A DNA stretch of 64,000 nt from Polyangiaceae bacterium (GTDB lineage Bacteria; Myxococcota_A; Polyangia; Polyangiales; Polyangiaceae), in the NCBI GenBank assembly GCA_050287085.1, contig JBNKBE010000002.1:32001-96000 (forward strand), read 5' to 3'. This document shows, in pieces, positions 1-9,082 of the stretch. The first letter of the stretch is position 1. Each line of letters begins with the position of its first letter. The notes under the pieces are model-generated. The model was not told the DNA's origin and did no database searches. It saw only the letters and a program-made list of their open reading frames with translations. Made by a program: the position numbers and the translations under genes.

Positions 1-822
1 AAGGTGTACTCAAACGCCTTGGTGGAGCCCTGTGTCGTAGCGGAATCCGCCTCTCACGAGCGCTTTCAATTCGAACGACACGGGTACTTCTGGCAGGATC
101 CGAGCGACTCCACGCGGGAACAGCCGGTCTTCAATCGCATCGTTTCGCTCAAGGATAGCTGGAGCAAGATTGCGCAGGCGACCGCTAGCGGGAGGAGCGA
201 AGAACAGCAAAAACAGGAACAGCGAGCAGAAGCGCGCCGCGCTCGCAAAGAAGCTCAAGCTGCGGCAGACCGGCAGCGCACTCGAGATGTTAATCAGGAA
301 GCGCTTGCACTCGCGGAGGCACGGAGTATCCCCTTGGAGCAGGCGGCGGTGCTGAGCGAGAACGGGCGCTTGTTGGCGTATTTCGAAGCGCTCGTCGCGG
401 CTTCGGTCTCTACTCGCTCTGCGGCTAGCTGGGCCGTCAACGAGATCGCTAGACGGCTCAAGGATTCGGAGACGGATCCGATAGCCCCCGCTAGCCTCGG
501 GGAGCTCATCGCACTCGTCGACGAAGGTCGCCTCTCGATGCGGGCCGCCAAAGAGGTGCTCAGCGCGATGTTAAGCTCTGGAAAGCCAGCGGCGCAGCTA
601 GTTTCAGAACTAGGGCTCGAGCTTCAGGCGGATCCCGGCGCGCTGGCGCCGCTCATCGCACAAGTCTTGGCGGAGTTTCCGGACAAGGTCGCCGCCTACC
701 GGGCGGGAAACGGCAATCTGCTTGGCCTCTTCGTGGGGCAGGTCATGCGCCGGAGCGGTGGAAAAGCGGACCCCAAGCTCGTCGGAGAGCTGCTCAAGTC
801 AGCGCTGGAAGCTCCGCTTTGA
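1..822 (+). CDS. glnS: Glutaminyl-tRNA synthetase, C-terminal part, fused to a GatB/YqeY domain (5'-truncated)
   Basis: FQFERHGYF...FNRIVSLKDSW is the GlnRS anticodon-binding end. A charged linker follows, then a GatB/YqeY-like tail (LLGLFVGQVMRRSGGKADP). Confidence 0.9.
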   Translation, partial: KVYSNALVEPCVVAESASHERFQFERHGYFWQDPSDSTREQPVFNRIVSLKDSWSKIAQATASGRSEEQQKQEQRAEARRARKEAQAAADRQRTRDVNQEALALAEARSIPLEQAAVLSENGRLLAYFEALVAASVSTRSAASWAVNEIARRLKDSETDPIAPASLGELIALVDEGRLSMRAAKEVLSAMLSSGKPAAQLVSELGLELQADPGALAPLIAQVLAEFPDKVAAYRAGNGNLLGLFVGQVMRRSGGKADPKLVGELLKSALEAPL

Positions 823-834
823 GCGATGGTTCCG

Positions 835-898
835 GCGCTGCCCTTCCAGTGCGCTGCCCTTCCAGTGCGCTGCCCTGTACAGGGCGGCGCACTGGAAG
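835..898. terminator. Hairpin between convergent glnS and mscS, built from a 16-bp tandem repeat; probable bidirectional terminator
   Basis: GCGCTGCCCTTCCAGT x2.6 (835-876). An 18-bp stem pairs 859-876 with 881-898 around GTAC, with one G-U. Confidence 0.6.
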
Positions 899-937
899 CA
901 CGATGAAAACCTGGGCGCCCGCTGCCCATGGGCGAAG

Positions 938-1762
938 CTACTTCTGTACGTGGACGTCCATCTGCGGAAAGGGAATGCCAATTTTCGCCGAGTCCATGGC
1001 GTATTTCACCGCTTCTGTCAGCCCGGCCACCGTGGCCCAATAGTCGTCAGCGTTGCACCAAACGCGGACCTTCCAGTTGACGGAGGAATCACCCAGGTCG
1101 GATAGAAAGGCCTCGGGCGCAGGGTCTTCGAGCACGCCACCCAGTCCTTTAGCGGCCTTGAGCAGCACTTCGCGCGTTTGGCGGATGTCCGCCTCGTATG
1201 CAGCTCCCACTGCCACCTCGACACGTCGGGTGGGGTAGTAGGTGATGTTCTCGATGGTGTCGCCGAAGATCTTGCTGTTGGGGACGATGATGCGGCGGTT
1301 GTCGGCGGTCACGAGCTCCGTGGTGAAGAGTTCGATTTCCTTTACTTTGCCGAGTTCTCCACCGGCGCGGATGACGTCGTCGACCTTGAACGGACGAAAG
1401 ATCAGCAGCATGGCTCCGGCGGCGAAGTTGCTCAATGTCCCCTGAAATGCGAGGCCTATGGCCAAGCCCATGGCAGCAATGAGCGCCGCGAAGCTCGAGG
1501 TCTCAATGCCGAATACGCCCAAGCACCCAATCCCGGCTGCCGCGAGCAGGGTATAGCGGGCCGTATTGGCAAAAAATCGGGAAAGTGTGAGATCTAGACC
1601 TCTCCTTGCGCACGTGCCGTTGATGGCTCGTCGCAGTGCGCCACCCAGGATCCACGCGAGGAAAAGGGCCAATAACACGCCCGCAATGCGCACTCCCCAG
1701 TTGGTCAGTTCGCTGAGCAAGCCGGAAAGTCCGGTCGGTATGCCCATGTCGGTTAAGTCCAT
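938..1762 (-). CDS. mscS: Small-conductance mechanosensitive channel
   Basis: GLAIGLAFQGTLSNFAAG...FRPFKVDD...IPFPQ motifs. The ATG at 1762 is preceded by AAGGAG. Confidence 0.93.
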   Translation of the reverse strand: MDLTDMGIPTGLSGLLSELTNWGVRIAGVLLALFLAWILGGALRRAINGTCARRGLDLTLSRFFANTARYTLLAAAGIGCLGVFGIETSSFAALIAAMGLAIGLAFQGTLSNFAAGAMLLIFRPFKVDDVIRAGGELGKVKEIELFTTELVTADNRRIIVPNSKIFGDTIENITYYPTRRVEVAVGAAYEADIRQTREVLLKAAKGLGGVLEDPAPEAFLSDLGDSSVNWKVRVWCNADDYWATVAGLTEAVKYAMDSAKIGIPFPQMDVHVQK

Positions 1763-1883
1763 GTCTCGGTCTCCTTGGTGATTGTCATGTGAGCTTGCGG
1801 AGGGCGGGGCGAGAGGACGGCCCCTACCTCCAGCGCAAAGGTAGCCACAATCGGCACCTACTCCCAGTTGTGACGTGGTGGAA

Positions 1884-2250
1884 TGTAGGAACGCTACAAC
1901 AGCGACTCCGACCCGCGGTTCGCCCATCCACTATCACGGGATAATCGATGGGTTCTTACGAGGGGCGCGCGATTGAATGTGTTCGAGAACCGCGCGACCG
2001 ACTGGCTCTCCGTATCATGCGGAGTTCCCCTCGGCGCGAGGGGCGACCTGCGCGAAGGAGCCCATGCCGGTGGCTCCTGTCTTTCGCTCGCCAGGACAAC
2101 GTCAGGAGCTAGCGGCGGGGGACGTTTCCGAGCCTCTGCCGGCCGGAGGGGCTCGTCCCCATGCCGAGGCCGTGTAGGATAACAAGCCGGCAAGCCGGAA
2201 GTCCGCTGGCGTTCCCCGGGGCGCCCGCGCGGGGGGCGACCAGACTCAGC
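1884..2250 (+). ncRNA. Candidate structured non-coding RNA of unknown family
   Basis: Consecutive hairpins with G-U pairs on the + strand and no credible ORF (see findings). Confidence 0.35.
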
Positions 2251-2258
2251 GATTTCGG

Positions 2259-2332
2259 CGCCCCCGATTGGATTCGAACCAATGACACCCGGCTTAGGAA
2301 GCCGGTGCTCTATCCAGCTGAGCTACGAGGGC
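2259..2332 (-). tRNA. tRNA-Arg (anticodon CCT); CCA end not encoded
   Basis: Reverse complement is GCCCTCGTAGCTCAGCTGGATAGAGCACCGGCTTCCTAAGCCGGGTGTCATTGGTTCGAATCCAATCGGGGGCG. This is a full cloverleaf with a CCT anticodon, followed by CCG. Confidence 0.97.
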
Positions 2333-2364
2333 CTGTTCTGAGCTTGTGCATCAGCGGCGGGTGG

Positions 2365-2393
2365 AATCTCCCGCGCGAGGCAAAAAAGGTCAA
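2365..2393 (-). promoter_or_regulatory. Putative sigma70 promoter of tRNA-Arg
   Basis: TTGACC-17 nt-GAGATT on the minus strand, about 30 nt upstream of the tRNA. Confidence 0.5.
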
Positions 2394-2436
2394 GGGAACC
2401 GTGTGGCCTGCCGCGCGATTCGCTATGCTGCCGGAC

Positions 2437-2961
2437 ATGATTCGCCCTAGCGGTCGGTCCCGCGCTTGGATGCTTTGTTTCTACGCGTGTTTGACCTTGG
2501 CTCTGTTTTCCCCCGTGTGGGGGCTCTTGGACGCCTCTACCGCTTGCGCAGAGGCTGCGGGGGAAGACAAGCGCGCCCAGGATCTGGCGCGTACCATCAT
2601 GAGCCCCTTCTGTCCTGGGCGGACGCTGGAAGCGTGTCCTAGTCCCTACGCAACCGAGTGGCGCGAAGACATCCGCAAGTGGGTTGCCGAAGGAGTGAGC
2701 TCGGAGGAGATCCGCGCCCGCCTGGCGGCAAGAAGACCCGACAAGGACCTGACTGGGGCCCCCACCACGGCAGCCGACAGCTTTCTACCTGCGATTCTGA
2801 GCGTCATGGCGGTGGTGGCATTGGTCCTGCTGCTCCGAAGATTGTTGAAGCCGGCCCCCACCGGAGCCGCCCGCACCACGTCCAGCGCTGAACCGAAGGC
2901 CCGAGATCCAGAGCTACTCGAGGCGCGTTTGAACGAGGAATTGGCTCACCTGGACGACTAG
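2437..2961 (+). CDS. CcmH/NrfF-like cytochrome c biogenesis protein
   Basis: Signal or TM segment, then LARTIMSPFCPGRTLEACPS...WREDIRKWVAEG.S.EEI, then a C-terminal TM. Start codon uncertain. Confidence 0.7.
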   Translation: MIRPSGRSRAWMLCFYACLTLALFSPVWGLLDASTACAEAAGEDKRAQDLARTIMSPFCPGRTLEACPSPYATEWREDIRKWVAEGVSSEEIRARLAARRPDKDLTGAPTTAADSFLPAILSVMAVVALVLLLRRLLKPAPTGAARTTSSAEPKARDPELLEARLNEELAHLDD

Positions 2962-3007
2962 CTGCCGCGGAAGCCTAGAGGAAGCCTGCTTGGCAGTGCT
3001 TTCTCGA

Positions 3008-3640
3008 TCACAGCTCTACGTCGAAGAGGTTCACGGAGATCCCGAGCGGGGTGCTTTCGATGAGTCCCGCGCTAGCGAAACGGGGATCAGGATGTTCTCC
3101 TACAGAGCCGACGTTGACGATTCGTGTGTCGAAGAGCTGGCGTTCAAAGGGCACGTGGTTTGCGCCACAAACGATCAGGTCGGCGCCTTCGTCCCCCAAT
3201 AGCGCGCTCAATTCAGCATCGCTCATCCCGTCGCTCATGGCCTCCATCGGATCGCTCGGAGAGCCGTGGACCACCAGCATCTCATGACCGGACTCGAGCG
3301 GCAGGCGCGCCCGGTCTTTCAAGCGGGCGAGTCGGGCTATGATGAGCTCCCCGAGCTCGTCGTGGAACTCGGCAAGGCGCTCGATGCGGGCGCGCTGCGC
3401 GTCGTTCTCGGCGACGAGGGAGTCTGGATCGACACGGGCCAGTGCCGCGTCGGAAACACCCTGAACGCAGACCGCCTTGACCTCGAGCAGGAGCTTCCAG
3501 GTTGCCAAGGGGGCGGGACCCGGAAAGAGTAGGTCGCCGCAGCAAATCACCTGATCAAAATTGCGTAGCCGGCCCGCCTCGAGCACCTTTTCCAGCTTGC
3601 TGACGTGTCCGTGGATATCGGAGATACAAAGAAAGCGCAT
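3008..3640 (-). CDS. Metallophosphoesterase (YfcE/MJ0936-like)
   Basis: ISDIHG, CCGDL, VVHGSP, CGANHVP and VNVGSVG motifs. Confidence 0.85.
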   Translation of the reverse strand: MRFLCISDIHGHVSKLEKVLEAGRLRNFDQVICCGDLLFPGPAPLATWKLLLEVKAVCVQGVSDAALARVDPDSLVAENDAQRARIERLAEFHDELGELIIARLARLKDRARLPLESGHEMLVVHGSPSDPMEAMSDGMSDAELSALLGDEGADLIVCGANHVPFERQLFDTRIVNVGSVGEHPDPRFASAGLIESTPLGISVNLFDVEL

Positions 3641-3800
3641 TGCGCCGACTATATACTCCTCGCCTCTGGGCAAGAGTACCGTATCGAAGCTTCGAGTCGC
3701 GCCGCGTCGTGAATCTCGCCCGCCGATGGGGGGAGCCGGTCGCGCTGCGGGATGGGGTTTTTTGATGGACAACTCCGGCACGCTGCGCGAAAGCCGCTGC

Positions 3801-6800
3801 ATGCTTGTTCTACCAGGTAGTTCAGCCCTTTCAGCCTTTCGCAAGCAGCGCTTGCTCGTCGCAATCGAGCGTGCGTTGCGTGCGACGGGGGCTCTGGCTC
3901 AGGTCGATTTCAGCGCGCGACTGGTCCATGTCGCTAGGGTCCACCGCGATCTCGACGTCACGGAGCGCGCCCGCCTCGAGGCGCTGCTCGAGTACGGTCC
4001 GCGCGAGCGGGTGTTTGCAGACTCGGGCCGGGTGGCCGTGGTCGCGCCGCGTCCCGGCACTCAATCTCCCTGGTCGTCAAAGGCGACAGATATTGCCCGG
4101 GTCTGTGGACTCGAGGCGCTGCAGCGCATCGAGCGCGTCACGGCGTTCTACTTTCGCAGCGTCGACGACCTCCCGGAGGAGGCGTGGCAAGCCTTGGTGG
4201 GCTGCATTCACGACCGGATGACACAGACCGTTTTTTCTTCGCTGGACGACTGCTCGGCGTTGTTCGAAGAAGAAGCGCCGCGACCTCTGGGACAAGTCGA
4301 ACTGGGGGACGATCCCGTGGCCGCTCTTGCTCGCGCCAACCAAGAGCTGGGCTTGGCCCTGTCGCCTGGTGAACTGAAGTACCTGGCGAAGAGTTTTGCC
4401 GAACTGCAGCGAAACCCGACGGACGTCGAGCTCATGATGTTTGCGCAGATGAACTCTGAACACTGCCGTCATAAGATCTTCAAGGCGGACTGGGTCGTCG
4501 ATGGCAAGCCCGCGTCGCGCTCTCTGTTTCAGATGATTCAGAATACGTTCACAGCCAGTCCGCTCGGCGTCTTGTCGGCCTATCACGACAATGCTGCGGT
4601 CATGCGTGGGTACGCTAGTGCTCGCTTCTGGCCGGATGCCCTGGGTCACTATCAGCGGGTGTTCGAGGACGCTCCTGTGCTCATGAAGGTGGAGACCCAC
4701 AACCACCCGACTGCCATTTCGCCGTTTCCGGGTGCGGCAACGGGTTCTGGGGGTGAGATCCGCGACGAAGGCGCTACAGGCCGTGGTTCTAAGCCCAAGG
4801 CTGGGTTATCGGGGTTCAGCGTATCCAACCTGAAGCTCCCGGACGCAACGCGTCCCTGGGAAGTGGACTACGGGAAACCGGAGCACATTCAGAGCGCCCT
4901 GGCCATCATGCTGGAAGGGCCGATAGGCGCGGCGGCTTTCAACAATGAGTTCGGCCGCCCGAATATCTGCGGCTACTTTCGTAGTTTCGAGTTGAAGGAC
5001 GGCGAAGAAGTGCGCGGCTACCACAAGCCGATCATGCTGGCAGGAGGGCTGGGCACGATCCGTCCGATGCTCGTAGACAAGCGCAAGTTCGACGCTGGAA
5101 CGTTGCTGGTGGTGCTCGGGGGGCCTGCAATGCTGATCGGGCTCGGAGGCGGCGCGGCTTCGTCGATGGCGCAAGGACAGAGCTCCGCGGCGCTGGATTT
5201 CGCAAGTGTCCAGCGTGGCAATCCGGAGATGCAGCGACGCTGCCAGGAGGTTATCAACCGTTGCTGCGCCCTGGGCGATGAGTCCCCCATCGAGTCGATT
5301 CACGACGTAGGGGCGGGCGGGCTTTCCAACGCCTTGCCGGAGTTGGTGAACGATGCTGGGCGTGGTGCCGTCTTGCGTTTGCGCGACATTCCGAGCGCTG
5401 AACCCGGCCTGAGTCCCCTCGAGCTGTGGTGCAATGAAGCCCAGGAACGCTACGTACTGGCCATTGCTCCAGACAAACTTGCAATCTTCGAGGGGTATTG
5501 TGCCGCAGAACGAGCACCCTTTGCCGTGGTGGGGCAGGTTACCGCCGAGACATCTCTGACATTGGAGGACTCCGTGCTCGGCTCTCGTCCGATCGATATG
5601 CCGCTCCCGGTCTTGTTGGGCAACCCGCCAAAAACGGTGAGGCAGTTCGAACGCCAAGAGCGAGTTCGCGCCGAACTCGACTTGTCGGGGATAAGCCTTC
5701 AGGACGCTGTCGAGCGAGTGCTGCTTCTACCTACTGTCGCGGATAAGACATTCCTAGTGACTATCGGGGACCGAAGTGTGACCGGCCTCGTGACGCGTGA
5801 TCAGATGGTTGGGCCGTGGCAGGTTCCGGTGGCAGACTGCGGCATTACCCTTACTGATTATGACGGCTTCACGGGCGAGGCAATGGCGATGGGGGAACGC
5901 ACGCCCGTTGCCCTGATTGACGCCGCCGCGGCAGCGCGGATGGCGGTGGGTGAGGCCATAACCAACCTATGCTCCGCCCCTATAGCCGGCCTTTCCGAGT
6001 TGAAGCTGTCGGCGAACTGGATGGCCGCGGCGGGTTATGAGGGCGAGGACCAAGCTCTTTTCGACGCGGTCCATGCCGTTGGTCAGGAGCTATGCCCCGC
6101 GCTTGGAATCGCCATTCCTGTGGGAAAGGATTCGATGAGTATGCGCACTCGCTGGCGTAGCGGCGGGGAGGAGAAGAGCGTCGCGGCGCCGCTGTCGCTG
6201 ATTGTTAGCGCATTTGCTCGCAGCTACGACGTGCGCAATGCGCTCACTCCAGTGCTTGTGCAAGACGTTGAGTCTCAGGTCTTCTTGCTCGACTTGGGAC
6301 GACAGCGAATGGGCGGCTCGGCGCTGGCGCAGGTATACGGGAAAGTTGGCTGTCAGGCTCCGGACGTTGATTCGCCGCAGCTGCTATCGCGTTTCTTCAG
6401 CTTTGTTCAGGTATTGATTCGCGAGCAGCTTGTTCTGGCATACCATGACCGTTCCGATGGCGGTTTGTTCGTAACGTTGGCTGAAATGGCTTTTGCCGGC
6501 CACTCTGGGCTAGATGTTTCGCTTGATGCACTGCCGGAAGCGGAGCCTCTGGTGAGCCTGTTCAACGAAGAACTGGGTGGTGTCATTCAGGTCCGCGACT
6601 CCGACGTCGCGCGCGTCGAGGTTCTCTTGCGTGAGTACGAGCTCGAAGCGTACCGGTTCTTCTTGGGTCGTCCGAAGCCGGGATCGACCCTGGTGGTGCG
6701 TGCTGGGGGTGAGGTCATCTACGAGCGAGCTTTGTCGGAGCTGCGTCGCCTATGGTCTGACACCACCTACAGAATGCAGGCGCTTCGCGACGACCCGGAG

Positions 6801-7664
6801 TGTGCGCGGGAGGAGCTCGAGTGCAACTGCGACTTCGAAACGCCCGGGCTGACCCCTCAGGTCACCTTCAAGCTGGCTCCGTTTGGCCCGGTTCGAGCTG
6901 AGCGACCTAGGGTCGCGATCTTGCGAGAACAGGGCGTGAACGGACACGTTGAGATGGCTGCGGCTTTTGACCGGGCCGGCTTCGACGCAGTCGACGTCCA
7001 CATGACCGAGCTGCTGGCGGGGAGCCGCTCCCTGACGGAGTTCTCGGGGCTGGCCGCTTGCGGCGGGTTCTCGTACGGAGACGTCCTTGGCGCTGGCGGT
7101 GGCTGGGCCAAGTCCATCTTATTTCACGCCGGAGTGCGAGCGGAGTTTGCGGCGTTCTTCGAACGCGCCGATACCTTCACTTTGGGCGTCTGCAATGGCT
7201 GTCAAATGTTGAGCGGCCTGCGCGCGATCATCCCAGGAACCGAACACTGGCCGCGTTTCTTGACCAACCGCTCTGAGCAATTCGAGGCCCGCTTGTCGCT
7301 GGTCGAGGTGATGCCCAGTGCTTCCGTCTTGCTGCAGGGGATGGCGGGAAGCCGCCTGCCGGTGGCTGTTGCGCACGGAGAAGGGCGCGTCGAGTTCGAT
7401 GCAGGCGTCGATATGTCCTCGACTGACCCGTGTCTCCGCTTCATCGAAGCAGATGGGCGAAGCGCCGTGCGCTACCCGCACAATCCTAACGGTTCTCCTG
7501 GGGGGCTTACGGGCTTGTGCAGTCAGGACGGGCGCGTGACCATCATGATGCCTCACCCAGAGCGAGTGGTGCGGAGCGTGTGCCTGTCTTGGGCTCCTCC
7601 CGATTGGGAGGAAGAAAGCCCGTGGATGCAGCTATTTCACAATGCGCGACGCTTTGTCGGCTGA
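3801..7664 (+). CDS. purL: Phosphoribosylformylglycinamidine synthase, large single-chain type
   Basis: NSEHCRHKIF, KVETHNHPT, GVCNGCQ and MMPHPER motifs; about 1290 aa. Confidence 0.97.
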   Translation: MLVLPGSSALSAFRKQRLLVAIERALRATGALAQVDFSARLVHVARVHRDLDVTERARLEALLEYGPRERVFADSGRVAVVAPRPGTQSPWSSKATDIARVCGLEALQRIERVTAFYFRSVDDLPEEAWQALVGCIHDRMTQTVFSSLDDCSALFEEEAPRPLGQVELGDDPVAALARANQELGLALSPGELKYLAKSFAELQRNPTDVELMMFAQMNSEHCRHKIFKADWVVDGKPASRSLFQMIQNTFTASPLGVLSAYHDNAAVMRGYASARFWPDALGHYQRVFEDAPVLMKVETHNHPTAISPFPGAATGSGGEIRDEGATGRGSKPKAGLSGFSVSNLKLPDATRPWEVDYGKPEHIQSALAIMLEGPIGAAAFNNEFGRPNICGYFRSFELKDGEEVRGYHKPIMLAGGLGTIRPMLVDKRKFDAGTLLVVLGGPAMLIGLGGGAASSMAQGQSSAALDFASVQRGNPEMQRRCQEVINRCCALGDESPIESIHDVGAGGLSNALPELVNDAGRGAVLRLRDIPSAEPGLSPLELWCNEAQERYVLAIAPDKLAIFEGYCAAERAPFAVVGQVTAETSLTLEDSVLGSRPIDMPLPVLLGNPPKTVRQFERQERVRAELDLSGISLQDAVERVLLLPTVADKTFLVTIGDRSVTGLVTRDQMVGPWQVPVADCGITLTDYDGFTGEAMAMGERTPVALIDAAAAARMAVGEAITNLCSAPIAGLSELKLSANWMAAAGYEGEDQALFDAVHAVGQELCPALGIAIPVGKDSMSMRTRWRSGGEEKSVAAPLSLIVSAFARSYDVRNALTPVLVQDVESQVFLLDLGRQRMGGSALAQVYGKVGCQAPDVDSPQLLSRFFSFVQVLIREQLVLAYHDRSDGGLFVTLAEMAFAGHSGLDVSLDALPEAEPLVSLFNEELGGVIQVRDSDVARVEVLLREYELEAYRFFLGRPKPGSTLVVRAGGEVIYERALSELRRLWSDTTYRMQALRDDPECAREELECNCDFETPGLTPQVTFKLAPFGPVRAERPRVAILREQGVNGHVEMAAAFDRAGFDAVDVHMTELLAGSRSLTEFSGLAACGGFSYGDVLGAGGGWAKSILFHAGVRAEFAAFFERADTFTLGVCNGCQMLSGLRAIIPGTEHWPRFLTNRSEQFEARLSLVEVMPSASVLLQGMAGSRLPVAVAHGEGRVEFDAGVDMSSTDPCLRFIEADGRSAVRYPHNPNGSPGGLTGLCSQDGRVTIMMPHPERVVRSVCLSWAPPDWEEESPWMQLFHNARRFVG

Positions 7665-8607
7665 GCCCGGCTTCAGAACGGGATGGGCGGAGCGCGCTGC
7701 CCGTGCGTTTCCGCTGTGGCTCGTCGGGGGGAGCGTGCTCGCGGTGGTCTATCCGGCGTCGCTCGCCTGGTATAGCGGCTCGTGGATTACCTGGAGTCTC
7801 GGTGCGATCATGTTGCTCATGGGCACGACGCTTTCCGTCGATGATTTTCGTCGCGTGCTCACCTATCCCCGTTGGGTCGCAATCGGCTTTGCGCTGCAGT
7901 TTTCGGTAATGCCTATTGCCGGCTACTCCCTGGGGCGCTTGCTGCGCCTACCGGATCCTCTATTGGTCGGCCTGATCTTGGTTGCGTCATGCCCAGGGGG
8001 GACGGCTTCCAATGTCATCGCGTTTCTAGCGCGGGCCAATACGGCACTCAGCGTCACGCTCACAGCGCTTTCGACGATCGCCGCCACGGTTATGACGCCG
8101 TGGTTGACTGCGACGCTTGCGGGTTCGCGTATGGACGTCAATGCGTTGGATCTGGTTTATAGTACCGCTCAGGTTGTGCTCCTCCCCGTGGCTCTAGGTT
8201 CCTTGATAAGTCGAAGGCGGCCGGACTGGGCCCAGCGCTGCGCACAGGTCGGGCCCCTGCTTTCCGTTGTTCTCATCACGCTGATCGTTGCAAGCATTCT
8301 AGGACGCAGCTTCGACATGATCGTTGAGTCCGGATGGCGGCTCATAGTCTCCGTCTTGGGGCTGCACGTCGTGGGCTTTGTCGGGGGCTATGCGACGTCT
8401 CGCTGGCTAACGAAGAGCGAATCCGTTGCCAGGACGGTGGCCATCGAGGTGGGCATGCAAAATTCAGGCCTTGGCGCCCATCTGGCCAGGGCGCACTTTC
8501 CCGCAGGCATGGGCTTCGACGTGCCCAGCGCCTTGTCAGCCCTGACGCATTGCATCTTTGGGAGCGTGTGTGCGAGCTGGTGGCAGCGAAGACCACCCAG
8601 AAGCTAG
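7642..8607 (+). CDS. Bile acid:sodium symporter (BASS) family transporter
   Basis: CPGGTASNV and EVGMQNSGL motifs; multiple TM segments. Confidence 0.92.
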   Translation: MRDALSAEPGFRTGWAERAARAFPLWLVGGSVLAVVYPASLAWYSGSWITWSLGAIMLLMGTTLSVDDFRRVLTYPRWVAIGFALQFSVMPIAGYSLGRLLRLPDPLLVGLILVASCPGGTASNVIAFLARANTALSVTLTALSTIAATVMTPWLTATLAGSRMDVNALDLVYSTAQVVLLPVALGSLISRRRPDWAQRCAQVGPLLSVVLITLIVASILGRSFDMIVESGWRLIVSVLGLHVVGFVGGYATSRWLTKSESVARTVAIEVGMQNSGLGAHLARAHFPAGMGFDVPSALSALTHCIFGSVCASWWQRRPPRS

Positions 8608-8665
8608 AATAGTCGGCATATTCAGCGCCTAATGTGCTGGTTCAACCGTGCCGTTTGCTAGTTAG

Positions 8666-9070
8666 ATGACACTAGCGCTCACGCTCAAGGAGGTCGCTCG
8701 CTCCGTGCCCAAGTGTCACGCTTGCGCGGTTGTTGATTGCCGAGCAGGACTTCTTGTTGCGAGCCGGAGGGTAGATCCTCAGGTGAGCGATTGTCTCGAG
8801 GGGGTGGCGGCTGCGAGCACGGGTCTATTCGAAGGCACAAGAGCCGTGGACATGGGCATGTTGTGTGGCGAGCTCATGAACCCCGCGAACGTCGTACAGC
8901 AGCAGACGACTGAGGTCGTTTTGGTTTCGGGAGAGTACTTGCATGTATTTCAGCGTTGTCCAGGGGCCGCGTCTTGGGTGTTGGTGCTGATCTGTGACTT
9001 GTCCGCGAACCTCGGAATGGTTCTGACGCGGTCTCGAACCTATCTCAACGCTTTAGCCGAGCTTCAATAG
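8666..9070 (+). CDS. Roadblock/LC7-like (MglB-fold) protein
   Basis: 134 aa; A.AVVD...GLL.A...EVVLVS..YLHVF...ANLGMVL pattern resembles the roadblock fold. Confidence 0.6.
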   Translation: MTLALTLKEVARSVPKCHACAVVDCRAGLLVASRRVDPQVSDCLEGVAAASTGLFEGTRAVDMGMLCGELMNPANVVQQQTTEVVLVSGEYLHVFQRCPGAASWVLVLICDLSANLGMVLTRSRTYLNALAELQ

Positions 9071-9082
9071 GCCAGGTGCGCT

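Noticed and set aside
1884..2250. RNase P RNA, tmRNA or SRP RNA
   Set aside because: No GAGGAAAGTCC...AGAACCCGGCTTA pair, no tRNA-like ends and no SRP GGAAGGAAGCAG loop on either strand. GGAAGTCCG at ~2197 is only a partial resemblance.
2200..2332. Prophage or island integrated at tRNA-Arg
   Set aside because: No integrase and no duplicated tRNA 3' end seen in the window.
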